A stretch of 64,000 nt of DNA from Gammaproteobacteria bacterium RIFOXYD12_FULL_61_37 (GTDB lineage: Bacteria > Pseudomonadota > Gammaproteobacteria > Chromatiales > Chromatiaceae): positions 3,817 to 67,816 of the forward strand of contig MGZB01000011.1 in NCBI GenBank assembly GCA_001801995.1, given 5' to 3'. Every line of letters begins with the position of its first letter. Position 1 is the first letter of the stretch. Shown one piece after another: positions 30,108-38,064 of the stretch. The notes under the pieces are model-generated. The model made no database searches and was not told the DNA's origin. It was given only the letters and a program-made list of their open reading frames with translations. Both the position numbers and the translations under genes were made by a program.

Positions 30108-31640
30108 TTGTCCCTCATTCCCTCACTCGTTAAGGTCAGCGGTAATACCCTGCTTTCACGCCTGCTCGGTTTCGTTCGTGATCTGGTGATGGCCCAGCTC
30201 TTCGGGGCAGACGGTAAGACAGACGCCTTTCTGGTGGCCCTCAAAATCCCCAATTTTTTCCGGCGTCTCTTCGCCGAGGGCGCCTTTGCCTCGGCCTTCG
30301 TTCCGGTGCTGATGGAATACAGGGTGAAGCGCGGCTTCGGGGAATTGAAGGCCCTGGTCGATAACTTGGCGGGGAGCCTCGGGGTTACCCTGTTGCTGAT
30401 GACCCTGATTGGCGTGGCCGGGGCGCCGCTCTTCATTTTGCTCTTCGCCCCCGGCTTCAGTGGCGAGGGGGCAAAAATGGCCCTGGCGGTCGAGTCCCTG
30501 CGTCTGACCTTTCCCTATCTGCTCTTCATCTCTCTAACTGCCTTCGCCGGGGGCATCCTCAATATCTATAACCGCTTCGGTATCCCCGCCTTCACCCCGG
30601 TCCTGCTCAATCTCTCGATCATCGGCTGCGCCTTCTGGCTCTCGCCGCGTCTGGCCGAGCCGATACTGGCCCTGGCCTGGGGTGTTCTGATTGCCGGGGT
30701 GGCCCAGTTGACCTTGCAGCTCCCTTTCCTGAACAAACTGGGGCTCATGCCTCGGCCCCGGCCCGATTTCCGTGACCCCGGCGTCCGGCGAGTCCTGCAC
30801 CTCATGCTGCCTGCCTTGTTGGGTGTCTCGGTCATCCAGGTCAATCTGTTGCTGAATACCCTGATGGCCTCGTTCCTGCCCAGTGGTTCGATTTCCTGGC
30901 TCTACTATTCCGACCGCTTGATGGAGTTCCCGCTGGGGCTGCTGGGGGTGGCCCTGGGGACGGTGATCCTGCCCAACCTTTCTCGCCGTCAGGCGGAAGG
31001 GTCAACGGATGGCTTCTCCCGCACCCTCGATTGGGGACTGAGGCTGGTCCTGCTGCTGGGGTTGCCCGCGGGGATCGGGCTGTTGTTGCTGGCGGAGCCC
31101 ATCATGGCGACGCTGTTTCAGTCGGCGGCCTTTGACGCCCAGGACGTGGTCATGGCGGGCCGGGGCCTGATGGCCTATTCGCTGGGGATGGTCGGTTTTA
31201 TTCTGATCAAGGTGCTGGCCCCTGCCTACTTCGCCCGGCAGGATACCCGCACCCCGGTCAAAATCGCGGTCCGGGCGCTGATCCTCAACATAGTCCTCAA
31301 CATCGCCCTGATGCTCCCCCTGGCCCACGCGGGCCTGGCCCTGGCGACCACGGTGTCGGCCTCGGTGAATGCCTGGCTGCTCTATGCCGGCCTGCGGCGC
31401 GAGGGGATCTACCAGCCGCTCCCCGGCTGGCGGACCCGGTTCCTCCGTGTCTCGGTGGCCTGTCTGCTCATGGGTTTCAGCCTCTGGTTCGGTTCCGCGC
31501 TTGCGGGCGAATGGCTCGAACTGGCGCGCTGGGACAAGATCTGGCGCCTCTTGTCGATCATCGGCGCCGGGGCAGGGGTCTATCTCCTGGCCCTTTGGGG
31601 GTTGGGTATCCGGAAAAGGGACTTTGTCGAAGACCGCTGA
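30108..31640 (+). CDS. murJ: Lipid II flippase MurJ (MviN)
   Basis: 510 aa from a TTG start. SLVKVSGNTLLSRLLGFVRDLVMAQLFGA is a typical MurJ N-terminus, followed by about 14 transmembrane helices. Confidence 0.93.
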   Translation: MSLIPSLVKVSGNTLLSRLLGFVRDLVMAQLFGADGKTDAFLVALKIPNFFRRLFAEGAFASAFVPVLMEYRVKRGFGELKALVDNLAGSLGVTLLLMTLIGVAGAPLFILLFAPGFSGEGAKMALAVESLRLTFPYLLFISLTAFAGGILNIYNRFGIPAFTPVLLNLSIIGCAFWLSPRLAEPILALAWGVLIAGVAQLTLQLPFLNKLGLMPRPRPDFRDPGVRRVLHLMLPALLGVSVIQVNLLLNTLMASFLPSGSISWLYYSDRLMEFPLGLLGVALGTVILPNLSRRQAEGSTDGFSRTLDWGLRLVLLLGLPAGIGLLLLAEPIMATLFQSAAFDAQDVVMAGRGLMAYSLGMVGFILIKVLAPAYFARQDTRTPVKIAVRALILNIVLNIALMLPLAHAGLALATTVSASVNAWLLYAGLRREGIYQPLPGWRTRFLRVSVACLLMGFSLWFGSALAGEWLELARWDKIWRLLSIIGAGAGVYLLALWGLGIRKRDFVEDR

Positions 31641-31748
31641 TTCGGGGGCAAGGCCCAGCCAACCCTTATCGGGGCTGGCGCGGAGTGGGTGGAGGGGGCT
31701 GCGGCAGGGGCCTGGGGACTGGGATTCCCCAGCCCCCATTTGGGGTAA

Positions 31749-32087
31749 TCAATATCCGCCCTTGCGGTTGACATGGGGTAGACCGGCGATACGGTTGCCC
31801 TGCTTGCTGGGGGCCATGGGGAACAGGTTGTAGAGGTCCTTGCTGCTGACCTTCTTGCCCCAGCGGTCGCCCATTGCCTTGTTGATGGCGCGTTCCATGG
31901 GTTGGCTGCCGTTGCAGTCGAAGTACTCTTCGCGAAGGTACTTGATGACATCCCAGTGCGCCTGGGTGAGTTCGATGCTGTCTTCTGCGGCCAGGGCCTT
32001 GGCGACGTCTTCGTTCCAGTCGGCGGTATTGACGAGATTGCCGTTGCCGTCGAGTTCGATGGTATTGCCATTCACTTCAATGGACAT
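31749..32087 (-). CDS. DsrC/TusE-family paralogue lacking both C-terminal-arm cysteines (RspA-like)
   Basis: 112 aa that aligns by eye along its full length with the DsrC at 37658-37990. The C-terminus is KQGNRIAGLPHVNRKGGY, against KQACRYAGLPKPTGCV in DsrC. Confidence 0.85.
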   Translation of the reverse strand: MSIEVNGNTIELDGNGNLVNTADWNEDVAKALAAEDSIELTQAHWDVIKYLREEYFDCNGSQPMERAINKAMGDRWGKKVSSKDLYNLFPMAPSKQGNRIAGLPHVNRKGGY

Positions 32088-32136
32088 TGTCTAGCTCCTT
32101 CGATCAGGGGTGTTGCGAATTAAAACCGGCGAGATT

Positions 32137-32844
32137 TTACCGGGGAGTTTCCATGCCGTCATCCACGCTCTTATTCACCGCGTCGATGTCTTTGTGTGGG
32201 ATAAAGATCCCGCAACCCATCAGCCGGTGATGGCCTATACCCCTTTGTTGCAGCCGGATGGATTCCTCATAGGGGAGATCCGCCAGCATGAGGGAGCGGG
32301 TAAAAAGGGGGCCGTCCGGGGTATAAAGCTCGATGCCCATGCCGCAGAGGGCCTTGCGGATGCGGACGCCGGTTTGCGCCAGTTCCAGCGCCATCTCCTG
32401 GAGAAAGGCCTCTTCGGGCTGCTCGGGGTCGCAGGCGATATGGCGGGCGAAGAGGGTTCCGAGTTTGCTCAGAGGCTTTCTCTGGGACTTGCCGAGGGTC
32501 AGGGGATGCCCGGCGATGTCCAGGGTCGTTCCGGTCAGTTGCTCCGCCTCGGCAAGGCGTGACTGGGGGAGTCTCAGGCTGAGCTTGGCGCGGTGTGAGA
32601 GGTGAAGGATTTCGCCAGGGCTGTGGCGGGGGCGGGTCCAGCCGTTTTGGGAACCGGCCGCGTAGATGAGATGGATCGCCGCCTGGGGTTCTTGGTCCAG
32701 CCAGGGCAAGGCCCGCCTTAGCGCGGTGGAGAGGGCGTAGGCATGGTCCACGGGGATGTGGCGGCATATCAGGCTGAAGCTGAGGTCCATGATGTCGCCG
32801 GGGACGGTTTGCTGCTCACCGCGGCTGTCTTCTTGCCAGAACAT
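32137..32844 (-). CDS. Cas6/Cmx6-like (type I-MYXAN Cas6 family) protein, orphan
   Basis: 235 aa from the ATG at 32844. The N-terminus MDLSFSLICRHIPVDHAYALSTALRRALPWL and the C-terminal glycine-rich segment RGIGHHRLMGCGIFIPHK resemble my recollection of the Cmx6 family. No HMM search was run. Confidence 0.6.
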   Translation of the reverse strand: MFWQEDSRGEQQTVPGDIMDLSFSLICRHIPVDHAYALSTALRRALPWLDQEPQAAIHLIYAAGSQNGWTRPRHSPGEILHLSHRAKLSLRLPQSRLAEAEQLTGTTLDIAGHPLTLGKSQRKPLSKLGTLFARHIACDPEQPEEAFLQEMALELAQTGVRIRKALCGMGIELYTPDGPLFTRSLMLADLPYEESIRLQQRGIGHHRLMGCGIFIPHKDIDAVNKSVDDGMETPR

Positions 32845-32845
32845 C

Positions 32846-33544
32846 TCAATCCTCCGGTAACTGTGACTGGATAAATTCCCGGTCGAACCACCAGTCGTCC
32901 TGTACCAGGACATCAATCACATTGCGCAGCCGGACCAGGAATTTGTCCGGTTCGTTCAGTTCCAGCCGCTCCATCCAGTGATCGAACTCCTGCTGATTGT
33001 TCACCCCGCTATGACGGCGGGCGACCTGGCCCAGGATCTGGCTGGCGAAGAAGCGCAGCTTTTCGTGGAGCCCTGCATCCTTCACCCGGTGATCCACCAG
33101 GAAAAGCGCGGTGACGGCAGCGACGGCGGCACCGTCCGCGTTGTCGGGGGTCTCGTCCACCAAATGGGTCAGCAGGTGGACGCTCAGCTCGGGATCGATA
33201 GGGAAGGTAACGGCAAGCCAGATCCCCTGGCCCAGGGCGGCGAGGGAGGCGGGTTGGCCGCATTTGAACAGGACATCGCAACTGTCGGCGGCCAGTTCCC
33301 AGTCCTGGTGCGCGACGAACTGGTCCAGCGCGGCCCTTCCCAGGGGCCAGGCCTCCTTGCCCCGCTCCAGTCCCATCAGGGTGCGTGCCAGCTCCAGGTT
33401 GTGGGTGGCGACCTGGAGGGGATTGGTTCCGTCAAGGAAGGCCGCTTGATGCTGTAGATCGGCCAGGCGGCCTTCCAGCTCTGCTTGCTCGCGGGCCTTG
33501 AGGGCGGCGGTGGAATCGGCTGCGGTATCGAGGTTATCGCGCAT
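32846..33544 (-). CDS. Hypothetical protein (predicted all-alpha), co-operonic with the Cas6/Cmx6-like gene
   Basis: 232 aa. Its stop lies 1 nt before the next start. No family was recognised. Confidence 0.6.
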   Translation of the reverse strand: MRDNLDTAADSTAALKAREQAELEGRLADLQHQAAFLDGTNPLQVATHNLELARTLMGLERGKEAWPLGRAALDQFVAHQDWELAADSCDVLFKCGQPASLAALGQGIWLAVTFPIDPELSVHLLTHLVDETPDNADGAAVAAVTALFLVDHRVKDAGLHEKLRFFASQILGQVARRHSGVNNQQEFDHWMERLELNEPDKFLVRLRNVIDVLVQDDWWFDREFIQSQLPED

Positions 33545-33552
33545 GGGGTTTC

Positions 33553-33741
33553 CTATACCCGCCCGCTGAAGGCGGCCTCAACAGTATCCTCCCAGTTGTT
33601 GGGGGTGTCGGGGTAGGGCGGTTTCACATCGATCTGGAAAAAACGCTCTCCCCGGCGCGCGTGCTCCTGGATGACCGGCAGCAGTTCCGTAAAGGACTGG
33701 ATCTCTTTATGGGCAATCAATATGTGGCTTAGATAAAGCAT
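33553..33741 (-). CDS. Small hypothetical protein, first gene of the operon
   Basis: 62 aa, ending 8 nt upstream of the next gene. No family was recognised. Coding status is less certain because of its size. Confidence 0.4.
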   Translation of the reverse strand: MLYLSHILIAHKEIQSFTELLPVIQEHARRGERFFQIDVKPPYPDTPNNWEDTVEAAFSGRV

Positions 33742-33748
33742 GTCTGTT

Positions 33749-33828
33749 TTAGGCTTAAGGCTTGAGGTTTAGCAGAGGTAGGGGCGTTGGCTCACTTATT
33801 CAAGCCTAAAGCCTCATCCCTCAAGCCT
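33749..33828. repeat. Imperfect palindrome built from aggctt/aagcct units in the divergent intergenic region
   Basis: aggcttaaggcttgagg (33751-33767) pairs with aagcctaaagcct (33802-33814) and ccctcaagcct (33818-33828). A related unit ttagaggcttgaggctttag lies at 57106-57125. Confidence 0.6.
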
Positions 33829-34054
33829 CACCAGTCTGTGGCTATCCCGAATGGGATAGGCGGGGTAGGGAGTATCCCCCTTTGGTGGAATAGGACGGGG
33901 GTGGCCACTTGACTATATTGCCGGACCTAAATGGAGGGGCGTTTTTGGCTAGCGAACGCCGCGCGCGGTGGCGATCCTCCGATCGGTTATGTGAGACAGA
34001 CCGGCCCAGCCGGCGATTCACGCACAGTCAATATTAAGTCAGGAGAAAAGCGAG

Positions 34055-35302
34055 ATGGCTTTTGATAAGCACAATACTCCGATGCTTGATCAGCTCGAAA
34101 CCGGCCCCTGGCCGAGTTTCATCAGCGGCATCAAGCGTATGCGTGACGACCACCCCAGCGAAACCATCAACAAAACAATCAACGACCTGCTGGGTCAGCT
34201 CGAACACTCTTACGAAACCCGCAAAGGCTATTGGAAGGGCGGCACGGTATCCGTCTACGGCTACGGCGGCGGCATCATTCCCCGCTTCTCCGAGGTCGGG
34301 AAGTCCTTCCCTGAATCCAAGGAATTCCACACTGTCCGCGTTCAGCCGCCGGCGGGCAACCACTACACCACCGCCATGCTGCGTCAGTTGGGTGATAGCT
34401 GGGAGAAGTACGGCTCGGGTCTGGTGACCTTCCACGGTCAGACCGGCAACATCATGTTCATCGGCACCGATACCGTCCGCACCCAGGACTTCTTCGACGA
34501 AATCAACGATTACGGCTGGGATCTCGGCGGCGCCGGCCCCTGTGTGCGTACCGCCATGTCGTGCATCGGCGCGGCGCGTTGCGAAATGTCCTGCCTCAAC
34601 GAGCAGAAGGCCCATCGCCTGCTGGTGAACAACTTCGTTGACGATGTGCATCGCCCGGCACTGCCTTACAAGTTCAAGTTCAAGGTCTCCGGCTGCGGCA
34701 ACGACTGCCAGAACGCCATCGAGCGCGCCGACTTCGCCATGCTCGGCACCTGGCGCGACAACATGAAGGTGGACCAGGAAGAGGTCAAGGCCTATGTGGC
34801 CAAGAAGGGCCGCAAGTACATCACCGACAATGTCATTACCCGTTGTCCGACCAGCGCCCTCTCCCTGAATGACGACGACACCCTGAACGTCAACAACCGC
34901 GATTGCGTCCGCTGCATGCACTGCCTCAATGTCATGCCCAAGGCCCTGCATCCCGGCGACGACAAGGGCGCCACCATCTGCATCGGCGGCAAGCGCACCC
35001 TGAAGATCGGCGACCTGATGGGTACCGTGGTCATCCCCTTCAAGAAGCTGGAAACGGACGAAGACTGGGAGTCCCTGGTCGAGCTGGCCGAAACCATCAT
35101 CGACTTCTGGGCCGAAAACGCCCTGGAGCACGAGCGTTGCGGCGAGATGATCGAGCGTATCGGCCTGGTTAACTTCCTGGAAGGCATCGGCATCGACCCC
35201 GATCCCAACATGATCAGCGAGCCCCGTCAGAGTTCCTACGTCCGCATGGACGATTGGGACGAGGCCGCCGAAGCCTATTTCGCCCGCAAGGCCGAGGCCT
35301 GA
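34055..35302 (+). CDS. dsrA: Reverse dissimilatory sulfite reductase alpha subunit
   Basis: 415 aa. MAFDKHNTPMLDQLETGPWPSFISGIK is a typical DsrA N-terminus. Also has the siroheme/[4Fe-4S] Cys cluster MSCIGAARCEMSC and the ferredoxin insert CVRCMHCLNVMP. Confidence 0.96.
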   Translation: MAFDKHNTPMLDQLETGPWPSFISGIKRMRDDHPSETINKTINDLLGQLEHSYETRKGYWKGGTVSVYGYGGGIIPRFSEVGKSFPESKEFHTVRVQPPAGNHYTTAMLRQLGDSWEKYGSGLVTFHGQTGNIMFIGTDTVRTQDFFDEINDYGWDLGGAGPCVRTAMSCIGAARCEMSCLNEQKAHRLLVNNFVDDVHRPALPYKFKFKVSGCGNDCQNAIERADFAMLGTWRDNMKVDQEEVKAYVAKKGRKYITDNVITRCPTSALSLNDDDTLNVNNRDCVRCMHCLNVMPKALHPGDDKGATICIGGKRTLKIGDLMGTVVIPFKKLETDEDWESLVELAETIIDFWAENALEHERCGEMIERIGLVNFLEGIGIDPDPNMISEPRQSSYVRMDDWDEAAEAYFARKAEA

Positions 35303-35407
35303 TTCCGGCGAAAACCGACAGATCGGCCGGGGCGACGCTCCGGCTGGGTGGGGCTTGCAATTTAATGCCCCTTATGGAATTAATGTTTTCTCTCTTTGGA
35401 GGACAAG

Positions 35408-36481
35408 ATGGCCAAAGAAATGCGTGAGCCGATTGAAACCGGATGTCCGGACGGCTTCCAATACATGCATCCCGTGATGCGCCGCAACTATGGGATGTGG
35501 AAGTTTCATGAGCATCCCCGTCCCGGCGTGCTGAAGCACGTCGCCTACGGCGGCGATGAATGCTGGACCGTGCGCGCCGGCACCCAGCGCATCCTCGACC
35601 TGTTCACCCTGCGCAAGCTGTGCGACATCGGTGACCAGCATGGCGACGGTTACGTTCACTTCACCATTCGATCCAACATCGAATTCATCGTGGACAACGG
35701 CGCCAAGGTCGATGGTCTGATCAAGGCACTGGAAGAGGCCGGCTTTATCGTCGGCGGCACCCAGAACTCCGTCACCATGATCTCCCACACCCAGGGCTGG
35801 CTGCACTGCGACATCCCCGGCACCGACGCCTCCGGCGTGGTGAAGTCCATGATGGACGAGCTGATCGACGAGTTCCGTAGCGCCAACATGCCGAACCGCG
35901 TTCATATCACCACCTCCTGCTGCCAGATCAACTGCGGCGGCCAGGGCGATATCGCCATCAACGTGCAGCACACCAAGCCGCCCAGAATCAATCATGATCT
36001 GGTCGCCGGTGTCTGCGAACGCCCCTCTGTCGTAGCGCGCTGCCCGGTCGCGGCCATCCGCCCCGCCATGGTCAACGGCAAGCCCTCCCTGGAAGTGGAT
36101 GAAAAGAAGTGCATCTGCTGCGGTGCCTGCTTCCCGCCCTGTCCTCCCATGCAGATCAACGACCCGATCCACACCAAGCTGTCCATCTGGGTCGGCGGCA
36201 ACCACTCCAACGCCCGCGGCAAGCCCACCTTCCAGAAGCTGGTTGCCTCCGGCATTCCCAACAACCCGCCCCGTTGGCCCGAGGCCACCGCCATCGTCAA
36301 GCGCATCCTCAAGGCTTACAAGGAAGGCGCGCGCGATTGGGAACGTGTCGGTGAGTGGGTGGAACGCATCGGCTGGTCCCGCTTCTTCGAAGAAGTGGAG
36401 CTGCCGTTCACGAAGTACCATATCGATAACTGGCGCGGTGCTCGCAAGAGTCTCAACGCCTCTGGCCACGTTCGCTTCTAA
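35408..36481 (+). CDS. dsrB: Reverse dissimilatory sulfite reductase beta subunit
   Basis: 357 aa from the ATG at 35408, which follows GGAGGA. Contains TSCCQINCGGQGD and KKCICCGACFPPCP. Confidence 0.96.
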   Translation: MAKEMREPIETGCPDGFQYMHPVMRRNYGMWKFHEHPRPGVLKHVAYGGDECWTVRAGTQRILDLFTLRKLCDIGDQHGDGYVHFTIRSNIEFIVDNGAKVDGLIKALEEAGFIVGGTQNSVTMISHTQGWLHCDIPGTDASGVVKSMMDELIDEFRSANMPNRVHITTSCCQINCGGQGDIAINVQHTKPPRINHDLVAGVCERPSVVARCPVAAIRPAMVNGKPSLEVDEKKCICCGACFPPCPPMQINDPIHTKLSIWVGGNHSNARGKPTFQKLVASGIPNNPPRWPEATAIVKRILKAYKEGARDWERVGEWVERIGWSRFFEEVELPFTKYHIDNWRGARKSLNASGHVRF

Positions 36482-36495
36482 TTCGAGGGGAAGGT

Positions 36496-36888
36496 ATGAA
36501 GTTCACGATCCAGGTAAACGAAGGTCCGTATCAGCATCAGGCTTCGGACTCCGCCTACCAATTCACCAAGGCTGCATTGGAGAAAGGGCACGAGATCTTT
36601 CGTGTCTTCTTCTACCATGACGGTGTCAACAACGGCACCCGCCTGACCAAGCCGCCACAGGACGACCGTAACGTCGTCAATCGCTGGAGCGACTTGGCTG
36701 CAAAGCACAACCTTGACCTGGTCATCTGCGTCGCGGCTGCCCAGCGTCGCGGCATCGTCGATGACGGCGAGGCCAAGCGCAATGGCAAGGACGCTACCAA
36801 TATCGCACCCGGCTTCCGCATTTCCGGCCTCGGCCAGTTGGTGGAAGGCGCGATTCAGAGCGAGCGTCTGGTTGTCTTTGGTGACTAA
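36496..36888 (+). CDS. dsrE: Sulfur relay protein DsrE
   Basis: 130 aa. DsrE fold signature and the Cys in LVICVAAAQRRG. Position follows dsrB. Confidence 0.92.
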   Translation: MKFTIQVNEGPYQHQASDSAYQFTKAALEKGHEIFRVFFYHDGVNNGTRLTKPPQDDRNVVNRWSDLAAKHNLDLVICVAAAQRRGIVDDGEAKRNGKDATNIAPGFRISGLGQLVEGAIQSERLVVFGD

Positions 36889-36901
36889 AGGGGATTGAAC
36901 C

Positions 36902-37309
36902 ATGTCCGAAACTAAAAAGTTCATGTATGTGAACCGCAAGGCCCCCTACGGCACTATCTATGCCTGGGAAGCCCTTGAGGTGGTGCTGATCGGTGCGGCC
37001 TTCGAACAGGACGTAAGCCTGGCCTTCGTTGACGATGGCGTCTACCAGTTGATCGAAGACCAGGACACCAGCGGCCTGGAAATGAAGAACTTCTCGCCGA
37101 CCTATTCCGCCCTTGGCGATTATGACGTAAAGAAGATCTATGTGGAGAAGGAGTCCCTGGAAGAGCGTGGTCTGAGTATCGACGATCTTCAGCATCTCAC
37201 CTGGGAAGATGAAGACGAAGACTACGCCGAGAAGGACTCCATCCAGGTCGTGACGCGCGCCGAGATGGCCGACCTCTTCGCCGAAAGCGAAGTCATGTTT
37301 AACTTCTAA
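36902..37309 (+). CDS. dsrF: Sulfur relay protein DsrF
   Basis: 135 aa in the conserved dsrE-F-H order. Confidence 0.88.
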   Translation: MSETKKFMYVNRKAPYGTIYAWEALEVVLIGAAFEQDVSLAFVDDGVYQLIEDQDTSGLEMKNFSPTYSALGDYDVKKIYVEKESLEERGLSIDDLQHLTWEDEDEDYAEKDSIQVVTRAEMADLFAESEVMFNF

Positions 37310-37323
37310 AGGGGAGACTCATC

Positions 37324-37620
37324 ATGTCCATGTTGCATCTTGTGAACAAATCTCCCTACGAGCGGAATAGCCTGGACACCTGTGTAGGCTATGTGAAGGA
37401 GGGTGACACCCTGCTGCTGATCGAGGACGGCGTCTACGCCGCCATGAGCAGTGGCAAGGCATCCGCCAAGCTTTCCGGTCTGGACGTTGCCGTTCTGGGT
37501 CCGGATCTCGCCGCGCGCGGTATCAGCGAGGAAAGGCTGATCGACGGTGTTGCCGTCGTGGATTACGCCGGCTTTGTGGATCTGGCCGCCGCTAAGGATA
37601 AGGTCCAGTCCTGGTTGTGA
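37324..37620 (+). CDS. dsrH: Sulfur relay protein DsrH
   Basis: 98 aa with a Cys in the conserved N-terminal DsrH position (SLDTCVGY). Confidence 0.88.
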   Translation: MSMLHLVNKSPYERNSLDTCVGYVKEGDTLLLIEDGVYAAMSSGKASAKLSGLDVAVLGPDLAARGISEERLIDGVAVVDYAGFVDLAAAKDKVQSWL

Positions 37621-37657
37621 ACCTGGTTTATGTCGCATTAATTTAGGAGAAATCTAA

Positions 37658-37990
37658 ATGCCAATCGAAGTAAATGGTAAGGTCTTAGAGACCGACGAAG
37701 AAGGCTATCTGGCTGATATCACTCAGTGGGAGCCCGGTGTTGCCGAGGTTATGTCCAAGGAAGACGATCTGACCCTGACCGCCGAACATTGGGAACTCAT
37801 CAACTTCCTGCGCGAGTACTACGAAGAGTACCAGATCGCCCCTGCGGTCCGCGTCCTGACCAAGGCCGTCGGCAAGACCATGGGCAAGGACAAGGGCAAC
37901 AGCAAGTATCTGTACTCGCTGTTCCCCTATGGCCCCGGCAAACAGGCATGCCGCTACGCCGGTCTGCCGAAGCCGACCGGTTGCGTCTAA
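37658..37990 (+). CDS. dsrC: DsrC, sulfur-carrier substrate protein of DsrAB
   Basis: 110 aa. The C-terminal arm CRYAGLPKPTGCV carries both conserved cysteines. Confidence 0.96.
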   Translation: MPIEVNGKVLETDEEGYLADITQWEPGVAEVMSKEDDLTLTAEHWELINFLREYYEEYQIAPAVRVLTKAVGKTMGKDKGNSKYLYSLFPYGPGKQACRYAGLPKPTGCV

Positions 37991-38008
37991 TCCAAGACGC
38001 CTTTACAG

Positions 38009-38035
38009 GTCCGGGGCGCCTCGCGCGCCCCGGAC
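38009..38035 (+). promoter_or_regulatory. GC-rich hairpin directly after dsrC with no U-tract
   Basis: A perfect 11-bp stem gtccggggcgc/gcgccccggac with a 5-nt loop, 19 nt after the dsrC stop. Confidence 0.6.
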
Positions 38036-38064
38036 ATGTCACAAGAGACTGAGGGTCCGGAAAC

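Noticed and set aside
31641-34054. Searched for a CRISPR array near the Cas6/Cmx6-like gene.
   Set aside because: No series of regularly spaced direct repeats is present here or elsewhere in the window. Only isolated palindromes and REPs were seen.
34034-36469. Two 365-aa minus-strand ORFs (34034-35131 and 35372-36469) opposite dsrA and dsrB, and a 514-aa ORF opposite dsrK (38833-40377).
   Set aside because: They are mirror-frame ORFs of highly conserved genes with no recognisable motifs. They are a GC-rich codon-bias artefact.
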